Positions 29,164-38,046 of a stretch of DNA of 64,000 nt are shown one piece after another; position 1 is the stretch's first letter; each line of letters begins with the position of its first letter. Made by a program: the position numbers and the translations under genes. Under the pieces are notes generated by a model, which saw only the letters and a program-made list of their open reading frames with translations, did not search any database and had not been told where the DNA came from. This DNA is from an uncultured Verrucomicrobiae bacterium. GTDB lineage: Bacteria; Verrucomicrobiota; Verrucomicrobiia; Limisphaerales; UBA11358. The stretch is taken from assembly GCA_963845665.1 (NCBI GenBank), contig CAWJTA010000003.1, forward strand, positions 767,518-831,517, written 5' to 3'.

Positions 29164-29766
29164 CTATCGCGGCATTCCATTTTGGGTAAAAATGTTCGCC
29201 GCACTCTCCTTTAATGCGGCCGCGAGGGCGTTCTCCAGCGATTCGATGCGAACCGGTTTTGTCAAATGTGCGGTAAAGCCCGAAGACTCGCTCTTCGCCA
29301 GATCCTGTTCTGAGCCGTAACCAGTCAGGGCAATTCCTTTTCCGCCAAATTTTCTACGAAACTCGTTCATCAAATCATAACCTCTGCCATCGGGCAAACC
29401 GATATCCGAAATGAGCAATACAAAATCTTTGTGTTTCTTCATCAAGGAAAGTGCCTGAGCGAAGGAAGCGGCGCTGGACACCTTATAGCGCCGGTGACGA
29501 AGCGATTGCGCCAGCGCCAGACGCGTTGGTTCGTGGTCTTCCACCAGCAAAATATGGCGGCGTTGGCCGGACTTCTTTCCAGGACCAGCCGTCGGAAGAT
29601 GTTTCGTTTTCCTGTTGTCGGACGGTGTAACCAAAGACTGACTTTTTAATTTCAGTCCCTCCTGGCTTGTTTCCGGGACGCGCCCCATTTCGCTTCCTGG
29701 CCTTTTTGCCAAACCCCCGGTCCAAAGCCAGTCTCTGCGCGCGCAGTTTGATTCCATACCTTTCAT
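29164..29766 (-). CDS. Stand-alone response regulator receiver domain protein
   Basis: ILLVEDHEPTR..LISDIGLPDG..IALTGYG..LTKP; N-terminal extension and start uncertain. Confidence 0.8.
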   Translation of the reverse strand: MKGMESNCARRDWLWTGGLAKRPGSEMGRVPETSQEGLKLKSQSLVTPSDNRKTKHLPTAGPGKKSGQRRHILLVEDHEPTRLALAQSLRHRRYKVSSAASFAQALSLMKKHKDFVLLISDIGLPDGRGYDLMNEFRRKFGGKGIALTGYGSEQDLAKSESSGFTAHLTKPVRIESLENALAAALKESAANIFTQNGMPR

Positions 29767-30219
29767 CTATATCACCATTTTTCAGTACGAGAGCCAGACG
29801 AAGCGGGAAATGGCGAGGCGCATCGTTGAAACTTTCGTTTACAAGTTACACCGCAACCAGAGAATATTCCATCCCTGGTGTTTGCAAAGTCAGCTCGCGG
29901 GAAGATTCATTCGGGACGTTTGATCCACCAGAGACGGCCGATAGCTTAAAGTGAGATTTCATTTTCACTTAAAGTTGCCGCACTAATCGTCGTAACTTTT
30001 GCGGTTCCAGGACTTCCAAATCCTTTACTTTGTCTTATTGTGACAAATCTGCCCCGCCCCTTTGCGATCGTTGCGCAGAATGCAACAGTTTTAGAAACAT
30101 TTTGCATAAAGCAAATAACGTCATTGAATTGGCCGAGCAACGCTTGTCGAAAAAGGGCGTTTTAACCCTTTTCCTTGTGGCACAATGTCAGCTTCAGAAG
30201 TTACCAGACAAACAACAAT

Positions 30220-30753
30220 ATGATTATGAAAAAGACACTTACACTTATTTGTGGGATCTCGCTGGCTCTTTGCCTTTCCAGTTCCGTCCGGGCGTCGGAC
30301 ACCGGCAGATCGGGACAATTACCGTCCATTGACATGAAATTCGTCAACAACGCGACGGAAGGCGGAAGAACGGAGGTTCAGCTTGGACAAATGGCCTCTG
30401 AAAAGGCGGCAGACCCCACGGTGCGGGACTTTGGACAGCGCATGGTTCTGGACCATCAGAAAGCCAATGACGAGTTAAACCGAATCCTCACTGAAAAGGG
30501 AATCACCATTTCCCCTGCGACTGCCAAGTCCACGCGAATGAGCGACCGCATGCAAAACATGAATGGGGCCGACTTTGACCGGGCGTATATGCACGACATG
30601 GTCAAAGATCACAAAAATGACCTCGCCAACTTCAAAAATGAGGCCGCCAATGGCAGAGATCCGGAGATTAGAAGCTTTGCCGCGCAATCCGTGCCCATGC
30701 TCGAGGAGCATTTGCAAATGGCCGAGCATACCCAGGCGAACCTTCCTAAATAG
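30220..30753 (+). CDS. DUF4142 ferritin-like secreted protein
   Basis: Signal peptide; EVQLGQMA, FGQRMVLDH, FDRAYMHDMVKDH, LEEHLQMA. Confidence 0.85.
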   Translation: MIMKKTLTLICGISLALCLSSSVRASDTGRSGQLPSIDMKFVNNATEGGRTEVQLGQMASEKAADPTVRDFGQRMVLDHQKANDELNRILTEKGITISPATAKSTRMSDRMQNMNGADFDRAYMHDMVKDHKNDLANFKNEAANGRDPEIRSFAAQSVPMLEEHLQMAEHTQANLPK

Positions 30754-30767
30754 TGACGCCGATTCAA

Positions 30768-30797
30768 GCCCTTTTGTCCTTGTCAGGATGAAAGGGC
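30768..30797. terminator. Hairpin between convergent genes (possible bidirectional terminator)
   Basis: gcccttttgtcct-tgtc-aggatgaaagggc. Confidence 0.5.
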
Positions 30798-30801
30798 AGG
30801 T

Positions 30802-31152
30802 TTAATGGGGAGTGGGCGGAGGTACAGCGGCGGCCGCCCGCTTTGATTGTTGCGCCCTGACCCGCAACCAGATCTTCCACCCAATCAATAGCACGACCTC
30901 GCCCAGAATCGCCGGCCAGAATCCGGACAGACAAAATGCGCCGAGCCATACCGCAATGCCAATGATGGCGAGCCACGCGCCCGAATACATCCAAATTCCC
31001 GAAAGAAGGATGACGGGAACGAAGACAAACCGAATAGCGCCGGCATACTGTTGGACCTCCGAAATTGGTCCGTAGATGTAGCTCAATATTGGGATGCTCA
31101 GGACAAGGTGAATCCAGCGGAGGATAGACCGTTTGGCTGCGTTACTGATCAT
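30802..31152 (-). CDS. Small membrane protein
   Basis: Several hydrophobic helices; RWIHL motif; overlaps the upstream ydeI-like stop. Confidence 0.65.
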   Translation of the reverse strand: MISNAAKRSILRWIHLVLSIPILSYIYGPISEVQQYAGAIRFVFVPVILLSGIWMYSGAWLAIIGIAVWLGAFCLSGFWPAILGEVVLLIGWKIWLRVRAQQSKRAAAAVPPPTPH

Positions 31153-31735
31153 TTAATCCCTTTCCTTTGAGAATTTGTGGCATCCATTTTTCAATTCTGG
31201 ATTGGCGGGTTTCGGATTGTTTGGCCCCGGAAAAATAAAGAATGTATGCTCTTTGCCGTCCGGGTGTTAACGCATTAAAAGCGGTTTTCAAGGCGGGAAT
31301 TTCGTCTAATTTATTTTGCAGTTCTTCAGGAACTGGCTCCGGGTTCCTTTTAAAATTCACGACCCGGCCGGCCTTTTCCACTTCAATGGCCTGATGGACG
31401 TATTCCTTCAGGATGCTTTCCTTCCCGGCGATTTCCCGGACGCCGGCAAAGCGCATCTGACGAGCCGCCTGCGAATGTTCGCCAGGCTTGACCAGGATGC
31501 CGTGCGTGTCTTTTAACAAAGCGCCTTTGAAAAACATAACGGCGCACCGTTCCTTGAATGGTTGTATGATAACCACGTTATTCCCCTGAAATGCGTAACA
31601 AGGTTTGCCCCACTTCAAGTCTTCCGTGAGTTGACAGTCAAGAAGGATGCTTCTTAGCCTGGCCATTTCCTCCCGCCAGTTCTTCGCCTTTTTCAGAAAG
31701 CCGTCAACCCTGGGATTTGTTCCGCTGTCTTTCAT
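31142..31735 (-). CDS. YdeI/OmpD-associated (DUF1801) family protein
   Basis: KWGKPCY, FFKGALLKD, LTPGRQRAY, AKQSETRQSRIEK. Confidence 0.9.
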   Translation of the reverse strand: MKDSGTNPRVDGFLKKAKNWREEMARLRSILLDCQLTEDLKWGKPCYAFQGNNVVIIQPFKERCAVMFFKGALLKDTHGILVKPGEHSQAARQMRFAGVREIAGKESILKEYVHQAIEVEKAGRVVNFKRNPEPVPEELQNKLDEIPALKTAFNALTPGRQRAYILYFSGAKQSETRQSRIEKWMPQILKGKGLNDQ

Positions 31736-31740
31736 GGGTG

Positions 31741-32205
31741 TTACTTTAATTCGGTTGCAAGGTTTTGTAGTCGGTTATGCGCCATGTTTATACCTTGAGC
31801 AAAGGGCAATTTCAGCACCTGGTCTCTTTGCGCAACCGATTCATAGATGACGTGCATATTGAGCCGGCTGGCATCGTCGCTGAGTTTTTCAAATTCCAGA
31901 ACCTCAAGTTGAACTCCAAAAGGTGTGTTCTCCCTTTCGAATGTCCGGATAATTTTCCGGTTTGGGCTGAACTCATGGATGACCCCGTGGAACACGTATT
32001 TGTTCCCCCGGGGATCTGTCGATTCAAATTGGTAACTGCCATGCTTCTTGCTTTCCAATTTGAGCACGCGCGTTCCCATCCATTGTTCGACGAGGTCCGG
32101 CTCGATGTGCGCTTTGAAAAGCAATTCCAGCGGCAAATCGAATTCCCTGGTAATCGCCAATTCCTGCTTGCCGTCCTCCGCCTGGATTTTTGTCTTTTGT
32201 TCCAT
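31741..32205 (-). CDS. SRPBCC/AHSA1-domain protein
   Basis: ITREFDLPLELLFKA..LVEQW; located in an ArsR-led operon. Confidence 0.85.
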   Translation of the reverse strand: MEQKTKIQAEDGKQELAITREFDLPLELLFKAHIEPDLVEQWMGTRVLKLESKKHGSYQFESTDPRGNKYVFHGVIHEFSPNRKIIRTFERENTPFGVQLEVLEFEKLSDDASRLNMHVIYESVAQRDQVLKLPFAQGINMAHNRLQNLATELK

Positions 32206-32211
32206 GGTGAT

Positions 32212-32532
32212 CTATTTGGATTTGTATTTTTTCATCAGGGTTTCCAGTTTATTAAACCGGTCATCCCACAGTTTGCGGAAAGGTTCAATAAATTCGGCGA
32301 CTTCGGTCATTTTTTTCGCGTTGATGTGATAGTAAATCTCCCTGCCGTCCTGCTCCGGTTGAAGCAGCTCACACTCGGCGAGTATTTGAATGTGCCGTGA
32401 AATGGTCTGACGTGACGACGGAAAATTGTCGGCAATCGCACCCGGCGTCAACGCCTGCGCCGCCAGCAACGTGAGAATCGCCCGGCGCGTTGGATCCGCA
32501 ATGGCCTGAAACACATCTCTTCTGGATTTCAT
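32212..32532 (-). CDS. ArsR/SmtB family transcriptional regulator
   Basis: [27 protein letters not shown]. Confidence 0.92.
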   Translation of the reverse strand: MKSRRDVFQAIADPTRRAILTLLAAQALTPGAIADNFPSSRQTISRHIQILAECELLQPEQDGREIYYHINAKKMTEVAEFIEPFRKLWDDRFNKLETLMKKYKSK

Positions 32533-32535
32533 TAT

Positions 32536-32577
32536 GCAGTTATTTGACTGCGAATATATACGCAGCTACATGGCTGC
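32536..32577. promoter_or_regulatory. Two tandem palindromes GCAGY-N6-RCTGC, probable ArsR operators
   Basis: gcagt-tatttg-actgc (32536-32551) and gcagc-tacatg-gctgc (32562-32577), directly upstream of the arsR ATG in a divergent promoter region. Confidence 0.6.
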
Positions 32578-32637
32578 GCAAGTGTTTTTCAGAAAAAGTT
32601 TTTCGGAATCTTTCGAATTTAGGCTAACGTCGCATCC

Positions 32638-33054
32638 ATGCAACTTCCCATCACTGGCGGATGTGTTTGCGGTGAAGTCCGTTACGAATGCAATTCCAAA
32701 CCCCTAATGATGCTCAAATGTCATTGCCGGGATTGCCAGCAGGTCAGCGGCGGCCCCTATATCCCGGCGATTGTCGTGCCGTTGGAGCATTTCAAAATTA
32801 CCAAAGGGACTTTGCAGCGTTATGCGACGCCGAGCCTTGCCAGCGGACACCACGTCCGCGGCTTTTGCGCCAAATGCGGTTCACGCCTGACCGGCGCGGA
32901 AAACCCGGAGCGCGGCATCATTGGCATCACCGCCTCCAGCCTGGATGACGCGAGTTGGTTTAAACCGACGATGGATATTTTCGTTTGTGACGCGCAGCCA
33001 TGGGACCTGATGGACCCCGACTTGCCGAAACATCAGCAATATATGCCGCGGTGA
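32638..33054 (+). CDS. GFA/CENP-V family zinc-binding protein
   Basis: GGCVCG, CHCRDCQ, FCAKCGS. Confidence 0.9.
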   Translation: MQLPITGGCVCGEVRYECNSKPLMMLKCHCRDCQQVSGGPYIPAIVVPLEHFKITKGTLQRYATPSLASGHHVRGFCAKCGSRLTGAENPERGIIGITASSLDDASWFKPTMDIFVCDAQPWDLMDPDLPKHQQYMPR

Positions 33055-33171
33055 GTAATTGCCGGGGACTATCGGCGGCGCCCTGGATTGAGATTATCCA
33101 AGATGAGTTACAAAAGTTTCAAACGATACAATTTACTGGAATAGAACCCGGTGACGTGCGAATATTCTGAC

Positions 33172-33615
33172 ATGAGTGAAACGGCAGTGATTACATTGCG
33201 GTTGCCCAAAGGTGTCAAGCGCGGGGTAGAACGGTTAGCCGCGCGTTTTGGCCATAAGCCCGCGCAATTGGGAGCGCGTTTGATCGAGGAAGGATTGCGC
33301 CGCCGGGATTTTCCACAAATTGATCTGCGTGAAACGGCGGCAGGACGGGTGGCTTATGTCGCTGGAACGCGTTTTGCGGTTTACTGGGTTGCAGAAATCG
33401 TTCCAAAAAAAATGAGCGTGGAGGCGTTCGCCAATGAATACCGGCTGTCCGTCGAGCGCGTCCGCGCCGCGCTCGTTTACGCAAAAGCGTTTTCCAAAGA
33501 AATTGAATCAGACCAAATACATGCGGAGGCAAACCGCCAATGGATCGAAGCGGCTGACACGGCAGTGCGCGGAGGCGCCAAAACCAATTTCCGCAGCAAC
33601 GCTAAAGCAAAATAG
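33172..33615 (+). CDS. Putative antitoxin (RHH-like N-terminus plus DUF433-like domain)
   Basis: ITLRLP ribbon strand; AYVAGTRFAVY..LSVERVRAALVY. Confidence 0.7.
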   Translation: MSETAVITLRLPKGVKRGVERLAARFGHKPAQLGARLIEEGLRRRDFPQIDLRETAAGRVAYVAGTRFAVYWVAEIVPKKMSVEAFANEYRLSVERVRAALVYAKAFSKEIESDQIHAEANRQWIEAADTAVRGGAKTNFRSNAKAK

Positions 33616-33624
33616 GGCTTCCGC

Positions 33625-33999
33625 GTGAAATTGCTTTTTGACGTGCACGTTGCCAAGGCAACCATTGCCGCATTGCAAAAAATGGCTCCGCAGATTCAAT
33701 CGGTTCATATTGCAAGCTGGCGCGATGGAGCGCTGGTCCACGCCGACGATCAGGAAATCCTCACCGCGTGCCGGGCTGAAAAGCGTGTTCTCGTCACATA
33801 CGATATGGCCACCATTCCTGATTTGTTGAAGCGCTGGGCTTCGGAAGAGCGTTCACATTCGGGTGTCTTTTTTGCCGATGAAAACACGATTAGGCCAAAT
33901 TCTCCGCAGGAAGTAGCGTCCGCCGTAGCCGCACTTGCAAAAGAGATCGGCAATGCGAACACGACAAACCTAGTCCGATTTCTGCGTCCCGTGAGTTAA
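33625..33999 (+). CDS. Putative PIN-like toxin (DUF5615 / Mut7-C-like)
   Basis: MKLLFDVH, ADDQEIL, RVLVTYD, HSGV; directly follows the DUF433-like gene. Confidence 0.75.
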   Translation: MKLLFDVHVAKATIAALQKMAPQIQSVHIASWRDGALVHADDQEILTACRAEKRVLVTYDMATIPDLLKRWASEERSHSGVFFADENTIRPNSPQEVASAVAALAKEIGNANTTNLVRFLRPVS

Positions 34000-34003
34000 A
34001 CCC

Positions 34004-34807
34004 TCACTTTCGCCTGAATTGCGGTCGGATTCGCGCCTGGAGCGGAATTTTCGGCGGCAGCGCCTGTTTTGCCGCGGCTTCCGCGGTTCGCACCTCCTGC
34101 TCCGCCGCCAATTTCAATCGCTCTGTATTCGCAGAAATCCATTCGCCGATTTTGCCAGCGGGAAATTTCATCTCGCCCATTTCGAAATCCTTGAGTGCGC
34201 CGAATTCGCTCAAGGGCGGCATGGCGGCCGAAGGTTGGGGCTGTGTTTGCGATTGGTTCAGCTTTTCGTAGCCGTTTACGATCCAATCCAGTTTTCCGGT
34301 TTCGATGTCGGCCAGAAGTCCATGAACGGGAATTTTGGGGGGAATAAGCGGGCTCTGGCGCACGATATCGCAGGCTTTGATGACGTTTTGCCGTTCCGAG
34401 GCGAACATCCCAAAAAATTCGTTCAGATTGTCCGGCAAGCGGCTGCGGTCCACCCCCAGGGCCCTCAGTTTCTCCAGCAATTCCATGGCCGTGGTCCGGG
34501 CCACCTGACAATCAGAGTGACCGATGATGGCGATTTCTTTGCCGCCTTTGACCGCGCAAGCCAAGGCGAGTGAACGCACGGTGCTGCTCATGGGACCGGT
34601 GATGATATTACCCGCGTTGCGCAGCCAGATGAACTGGTCCGCCGGAATACCAAGAATATTCGGGAAAAAGGCATTGAGCCGCGGATCAATGCAGGTGAGC
34701 GCGATGATCGGCAGCGCCTCCGCGAACTCGTCCGGGTGCAAGCCCGCCGCAGTGTCGCCTGCCACCGCTTTGTGGTTGGCTTCGATGATGGATTCGAACA
34801 AACGCAT
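34004..34807 (-). CDS. Beta-class carbonic anhydrase-like protein
   Basis: TCIDPR (CxDxR), RNAGN, GHSDC (HxxC). Confidence 0.85.
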   Translation of the reverse strand: MRLFESIIEANHKAVAGDTAAGLHPDEFAEALPIIALTCIDPRLNAFFPNILGIPADQFIWLRNAGNIITGPMSSTVRSLALACAVKGGKEIAIIGHSDCQVARTTAMELLEKLRALGVDRSRLPDNLNEFFGMFASERQNVIKACDIVRQSPLIPPKIPVHGLLADIETGKLDWIVNGYEKLNQSQTQPQPSAAMPPLSEFGALKDFEMGEMKFPAGKIGEWISANTERLKLAAEQEVRTAEAAAKQALPPKIPLQARIRPQFRRK

Positions 34808-34809
34808 CG

Positions 34810-34837
34810 GATTTACGATTTACGATTTACGATTTAC
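34810..34837. repeat. Heptamer tandem repeat (gatttac)x4
   Basis: Four perfect copies ending 2 bp upstream of the carbonic anhydrase ATG. Confidence 0.95.
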
Positions 34838-34869
34838 GCGCGTGAAATGCAATTCTTATCCAGAATATA

Positions 34870-35202
34870 CTAGTCAAAGACTTTTTCCCCGCAGAATGCA
34901 CAATTGCCCGTTGCAACTGAGATTTGCCCAGCCACTCCGAAGAGATTCTTTCTGCAATGTGGGCATTTTACGCCGCGCTGACAGCCAAGGACGACAAGCG
35001 TCACTAAAAAGGCTCCAAACAAAATCGCCCCCATTATCACATAGCTCTGACCGATGACTTCGTTTTCTCTAAAATTCAGAAGATGGTCCAATATGGGGCC
35101 GCAGGTCATCCAAAGCCCCAAAACCGTGAGTGCCGCGAAAACTCCTCGCTTGAAGCGGCTCTCTCGAAGTCGAATTTGACTAGCAAATTCCTTCTTTTTC
35201 AT
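34870..35202 (-). CDS. Hypothetical two-TM protein with C-terminal zinc ribbon
   Basis: Two hydrophobic helices; CPHC...CAFC; paralog of the neighbouring gene. Confidence 0.65.
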   Translation of the reverse strand: MKKKEFASQIRLRESRFKRGVFAALTVLGLWMTCGPILDHLLNFRENEVIGQSYVIMGAILFGAFLVTLVVLGCQRGVKCPHCRKNLFGVAGQISVATGNCAFCGEKVFD

Positions 35203-35208
35203 GGGGCT

Positions 35209-35580
35209 TTACGATTTTGACATCTGATCCAAAACTTTTTCACCGCAATAGCTACAATTGCCAGTCTTTAACGCAAGTTGGGCGCTGATCCCGCAAAGAA
35301 TTTTGCCGCATTGCGGACAAGCGACGCCATGCGGCGCGCCGACGCGGCGCAGGCCAAAGACGAAAATCAGCAGAACGCACCCCAGAAAACCGATAATCCA
35401 ATAACCATCAAATGAAGCCGCCCAGTCAAAATAGCCGGATTGCGCAAGCCTGGGAATATCGGGCACGAAAAGCACGAAGGCGGCGACAACACTCAGCATA
35501 ATCGGCAAGAGAATCCGGGCTCGCCGACCTCCGACCCGCCGCGAAATTCGGTATTGATCGATAAATTCCTCTTTCGTCAT
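35209..35580 (-). CDS. Hypothetical two-TM protein with C-terminal zinc ribbon
   Basis: Two hydrophobic helices; CPQC...CSYC; MTKEEF start aligns with the paralog's MKKKEF. Confidence 0.65.
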   Translation of the reverse strand: MTKEEFIDQYRISRRVGGRRARILLPIMLSVVAAFVLFVPDIPRLAQSGYFDWAASFDGYWIIGFLGCVLLIFVFGLRRVGAPHGVACPQCGKILCGISAQLALKTGNCSYCGEKVLDQMSKS

Positions 35581-35732
35581 ACGATTAAAATCGAGCGCAC
35601 TCATATAATGCTCAACTAAAAGAGTGAACTTGCGACTTTCGCCCAACGAACACTCATCGCCTTAGTCCTGCCAGATTTCACGCCCATCCGACATTGCCCA
35701 GCGGTATTCACTGCAACCGCGTGAATCGTAAA

Positions 35733-37244
35733 TTACTTCTGCTCGTCCTTATCCATCGATTTCTTCAGCGCCGGGACCTGTTCCAGCAGTTTTTCAAATT
35801 TCACGCCGGTCAGGCTTTCGAGTATGGGCGGCAATTGGCTGATGATGGTGGTGACATCGCCGGTTAGTTTGCTGGCGCCGCCGCCTGGACCGTTGCCGGA
35901 ATTGATGATGACCATTTTTTCGGTTTTGGACAGCGGTTCGCTGATCTTGCCCGCCACTTCCGGCAACACCCGCACAATCATCTCGATCACCGCGGCCTCG
36001 TTGTATTGCTTGAACGAATCGGCCTTGGCGAGCATCGCTTCGGCGGTCGCCTTGCCTTGCGCTTCGATCACGGCCGCTTCGGCCAAACCGCGCGCTTTGT
36101 TGGCTTCGGCCTCGGCAATGCCCGTTGCCTTCGCCACGTCCGCGCTGGCGAAGCCGGTCGCCTTGGTCGCGGATGCTGAGCCCGCTGCTTCCGTTTCCAA
36201 TTGGAATTTCTTCGCGTTCGCCAGGGTCTCGACGCGATAGCGTTCGGCGTCGGCCGGTTTTTGGACGGTCGCTTCCAGTTCGCGTTGTCTGCGCAGAATT
36301 TCCTGTTGTTGCAATTCGATCTGTTTCTGCTTCTCGATGATGCTGACCTGCACTTCTTCGGCTTTGACGAGCTGGCCGGTCTTAAATTTCTGCAAATCGT
36401 AAGCGAGGTCCGCCTCGGCTTTTTTCTGATTCACGGCCGCCTGATATTGCGCCACGTTTGATTGATAATCCCGTTGTGCTTCGGCGATTTTTGAATCGGC
36501 CTGAAATTTCGCTTCCTGTCCGGCCTGGTTAGCCGCGGCGGAGCGGATGGTGGCGTCGCGGTCCGCTTCGGCCTGGGCGATCTGCGCGTCGCGTTTGACC
36601 TGGGCGATGCGCGGCTTGCCGAGCGCGTCCAAATAGCCCTGCGAGTCCCGGATATCGCGGATTGTGAAGCTGACTATGGTCAGACCCATGTTTGCGGTGT
36701 CGCCCGCGGCGACCTCTTGAACCTTTGAAGCGAACGCGTCGCGGTTCTGATAAATTTCTTCAACGGTCATGGTGCCCAGGATGGCGCGCAAGTGTCCTTC
36801 GAGCGTCTGCGTTGCGATATTGCGGATTTCATCGGTTTGCTTGCCCAAAAACTGTTCCGACGCCGTCCGGATTGAAACGTCATCTCCTTTGACCTTGATT
36901 TGGGCGACGCCGTCCACCTTCACCGGCACGCCTTTGCTCGTGTAGACTTCCGGCGTTTGCACATCGATCGTCAGGAGTTCGAGCGACAGGATGTCCACCT
37001 TTTCAAAAATCGGAATGACGAACGTGCCGCCGCCTTTGACAATTCGGAAGCCGACCCGCGTGCCGTCTTCGGCCTTGTGCTTGATACCCGAGACCACCAG
37101 CACCTGGTTTGGCCCCACTTTGGTGTACCGGCTCAACACCATAACGACAAGCATGAAAAGAATTAAAAAGCCGACGACCGCGGCGACGATAATGGTGAGG
37201 TCGCGTCCGGTGGTCATTTGAGCCAAAAGGGGTACGAATTGCAT
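35733..37244 (-). CDS. Flotillin (SPFH domain) protein
   Basis: N-terminal TM; SPFH segment TLEGHLRAILGTMTVEEI; AEA-rich coiled coil. Confidence 0.93.
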   Translation of the reverse strand: MQFVPLLAQMTTGRDLTIIVAAVVGFLILFMLVVMVLSRYTKVGPNQVLVVSGIKHKAEDGTRVGFRIVKGGGTFVIPIFEKVDILSLELLTIDVQTPEVYTSKGVPVKVDGVAQIKVKGDDVSIRTASEQFLGKQTDEIRNIATQTLEGHLRAILGTMTVEEIYQNRDAFASKVQEVAAGDTANMGLTIVSFTIRDIRDSQGYLDALGKPRIAQVKRDAQIAQAEADRDATIRSAAANQAGQEAKFQADSKIAEAQRDYQSNVAQYQAAVNQKKAEADLAYDLQKFKTGQLVKAEEVQVSIIEKQKQIELQQQEILRRQRELEATVQKPADAERYRVETLANAKKFQLETEAAGSASATKATGFASADVAKATGIAEAEANKARGLAEAAVIEAQGKATAEAMLAKADSFKQYNEAAVIEMIVRVLPEVAGKISEPLSKTEKMVIINSGNGPGGGASKLTGDVTTIISQLPPILESLTGVKFEKLLEQVPALKKSMDKDEQK

Positions 37245-37272
37245 AATGATGATTTTGGAATAGTGATTGAGG

Positions 37273-37824
37273 TTACCTGACTACTTTCACGTAAAATTGA
37301 GTGCCAACGATGCGAACAATTTTGACCGTCTGGCCGTTGGCAATCAAAAAGCCGTCTTCGGCGCGGGCTGGCGCAGTATAACGCGTTCCGCCCACAACAT
37401 AGGCGATTTCACCGACGCCGTTTTGTGAAATCGGCGTAATGACGGTAGCCTCGGTGTTGACAAGCGCCGCAATCTGGGACTCGCTGGAACTTTGAGTGTG
37501 CCGAAAGAGAGCGCCAAAGAACGTATACATCGCTCCGGCCACGATCACACCGCCGAGAATGGAAAGCGGTGCGCTGATAATGCCAGGCCTGGTCGCCGGA
37601 AATTGCGAGAGAATCATCCCAAAACACCCGAATGCCGTGACAAAGGAGGCGATCACAGTCGGGCTAAAAATGGAAAACCCCGGCGCATCGCTGCTGTCGC
37701 CGCCCGCCTCAACGTGCCCGCCACTTCCCGCCACGTGGCCGCCGCCGCCAAAGAAATGACCGAGAAATACGGAGACAACGGTAAAAAGCAACCCGACCAG
37801 CAGACAGATGGTGTAGATGATCAT
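37273..37824 (-). CDS. NfeD-like membrane protein (flotillin partner)
   Basis: Three TM segments plus C-terminal OB fold (ATVITPI..GVGEIAY..ARAEDG..GQTVKIV); immediately upstream of flotillin. Confidence 0.85.
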   Translation of the reverse strand: MIIYTICLLVGLLFTVVSVFLGHFFGGGGHVAGSGGHVEAGGDSSDAPGFSIFSPTVIASFVTAFGCFGMILSQFPATRPGIISAPLSILGGVIVAGAMYTFFGALFRHTQSSSESQIAALVNTEATVITPISQNGVGEIAYVVGGTRYTAPARAEDGFLIANGQTVKIVRIVGTQFYVKVVR

Positions 37825-38046
37825 AAAATCGTTCCGATTGCCTGTTAGATGAAGTAAAAACCCGCAACTACCCGGAAGCAAGCAGGAACTTATACTTCAA
37901 CCGTCGTCATACCAACAACAAACACCATTTTCCAAAACGCGTCATTTATAATTTGCCGCGAAATTTGGAATCGGGAACCAGACACAAGGGAATTCTTGAG
38001 CCACAGATTTGCACAGATGAAACACAGATTCCCCCTTGCCCAGGTT

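Noticed and set aside
38001-38030. cacagat x3 short repeat after purM
   Set aside because: Short low-complexity intergenic repeat with no further structure that I can support.
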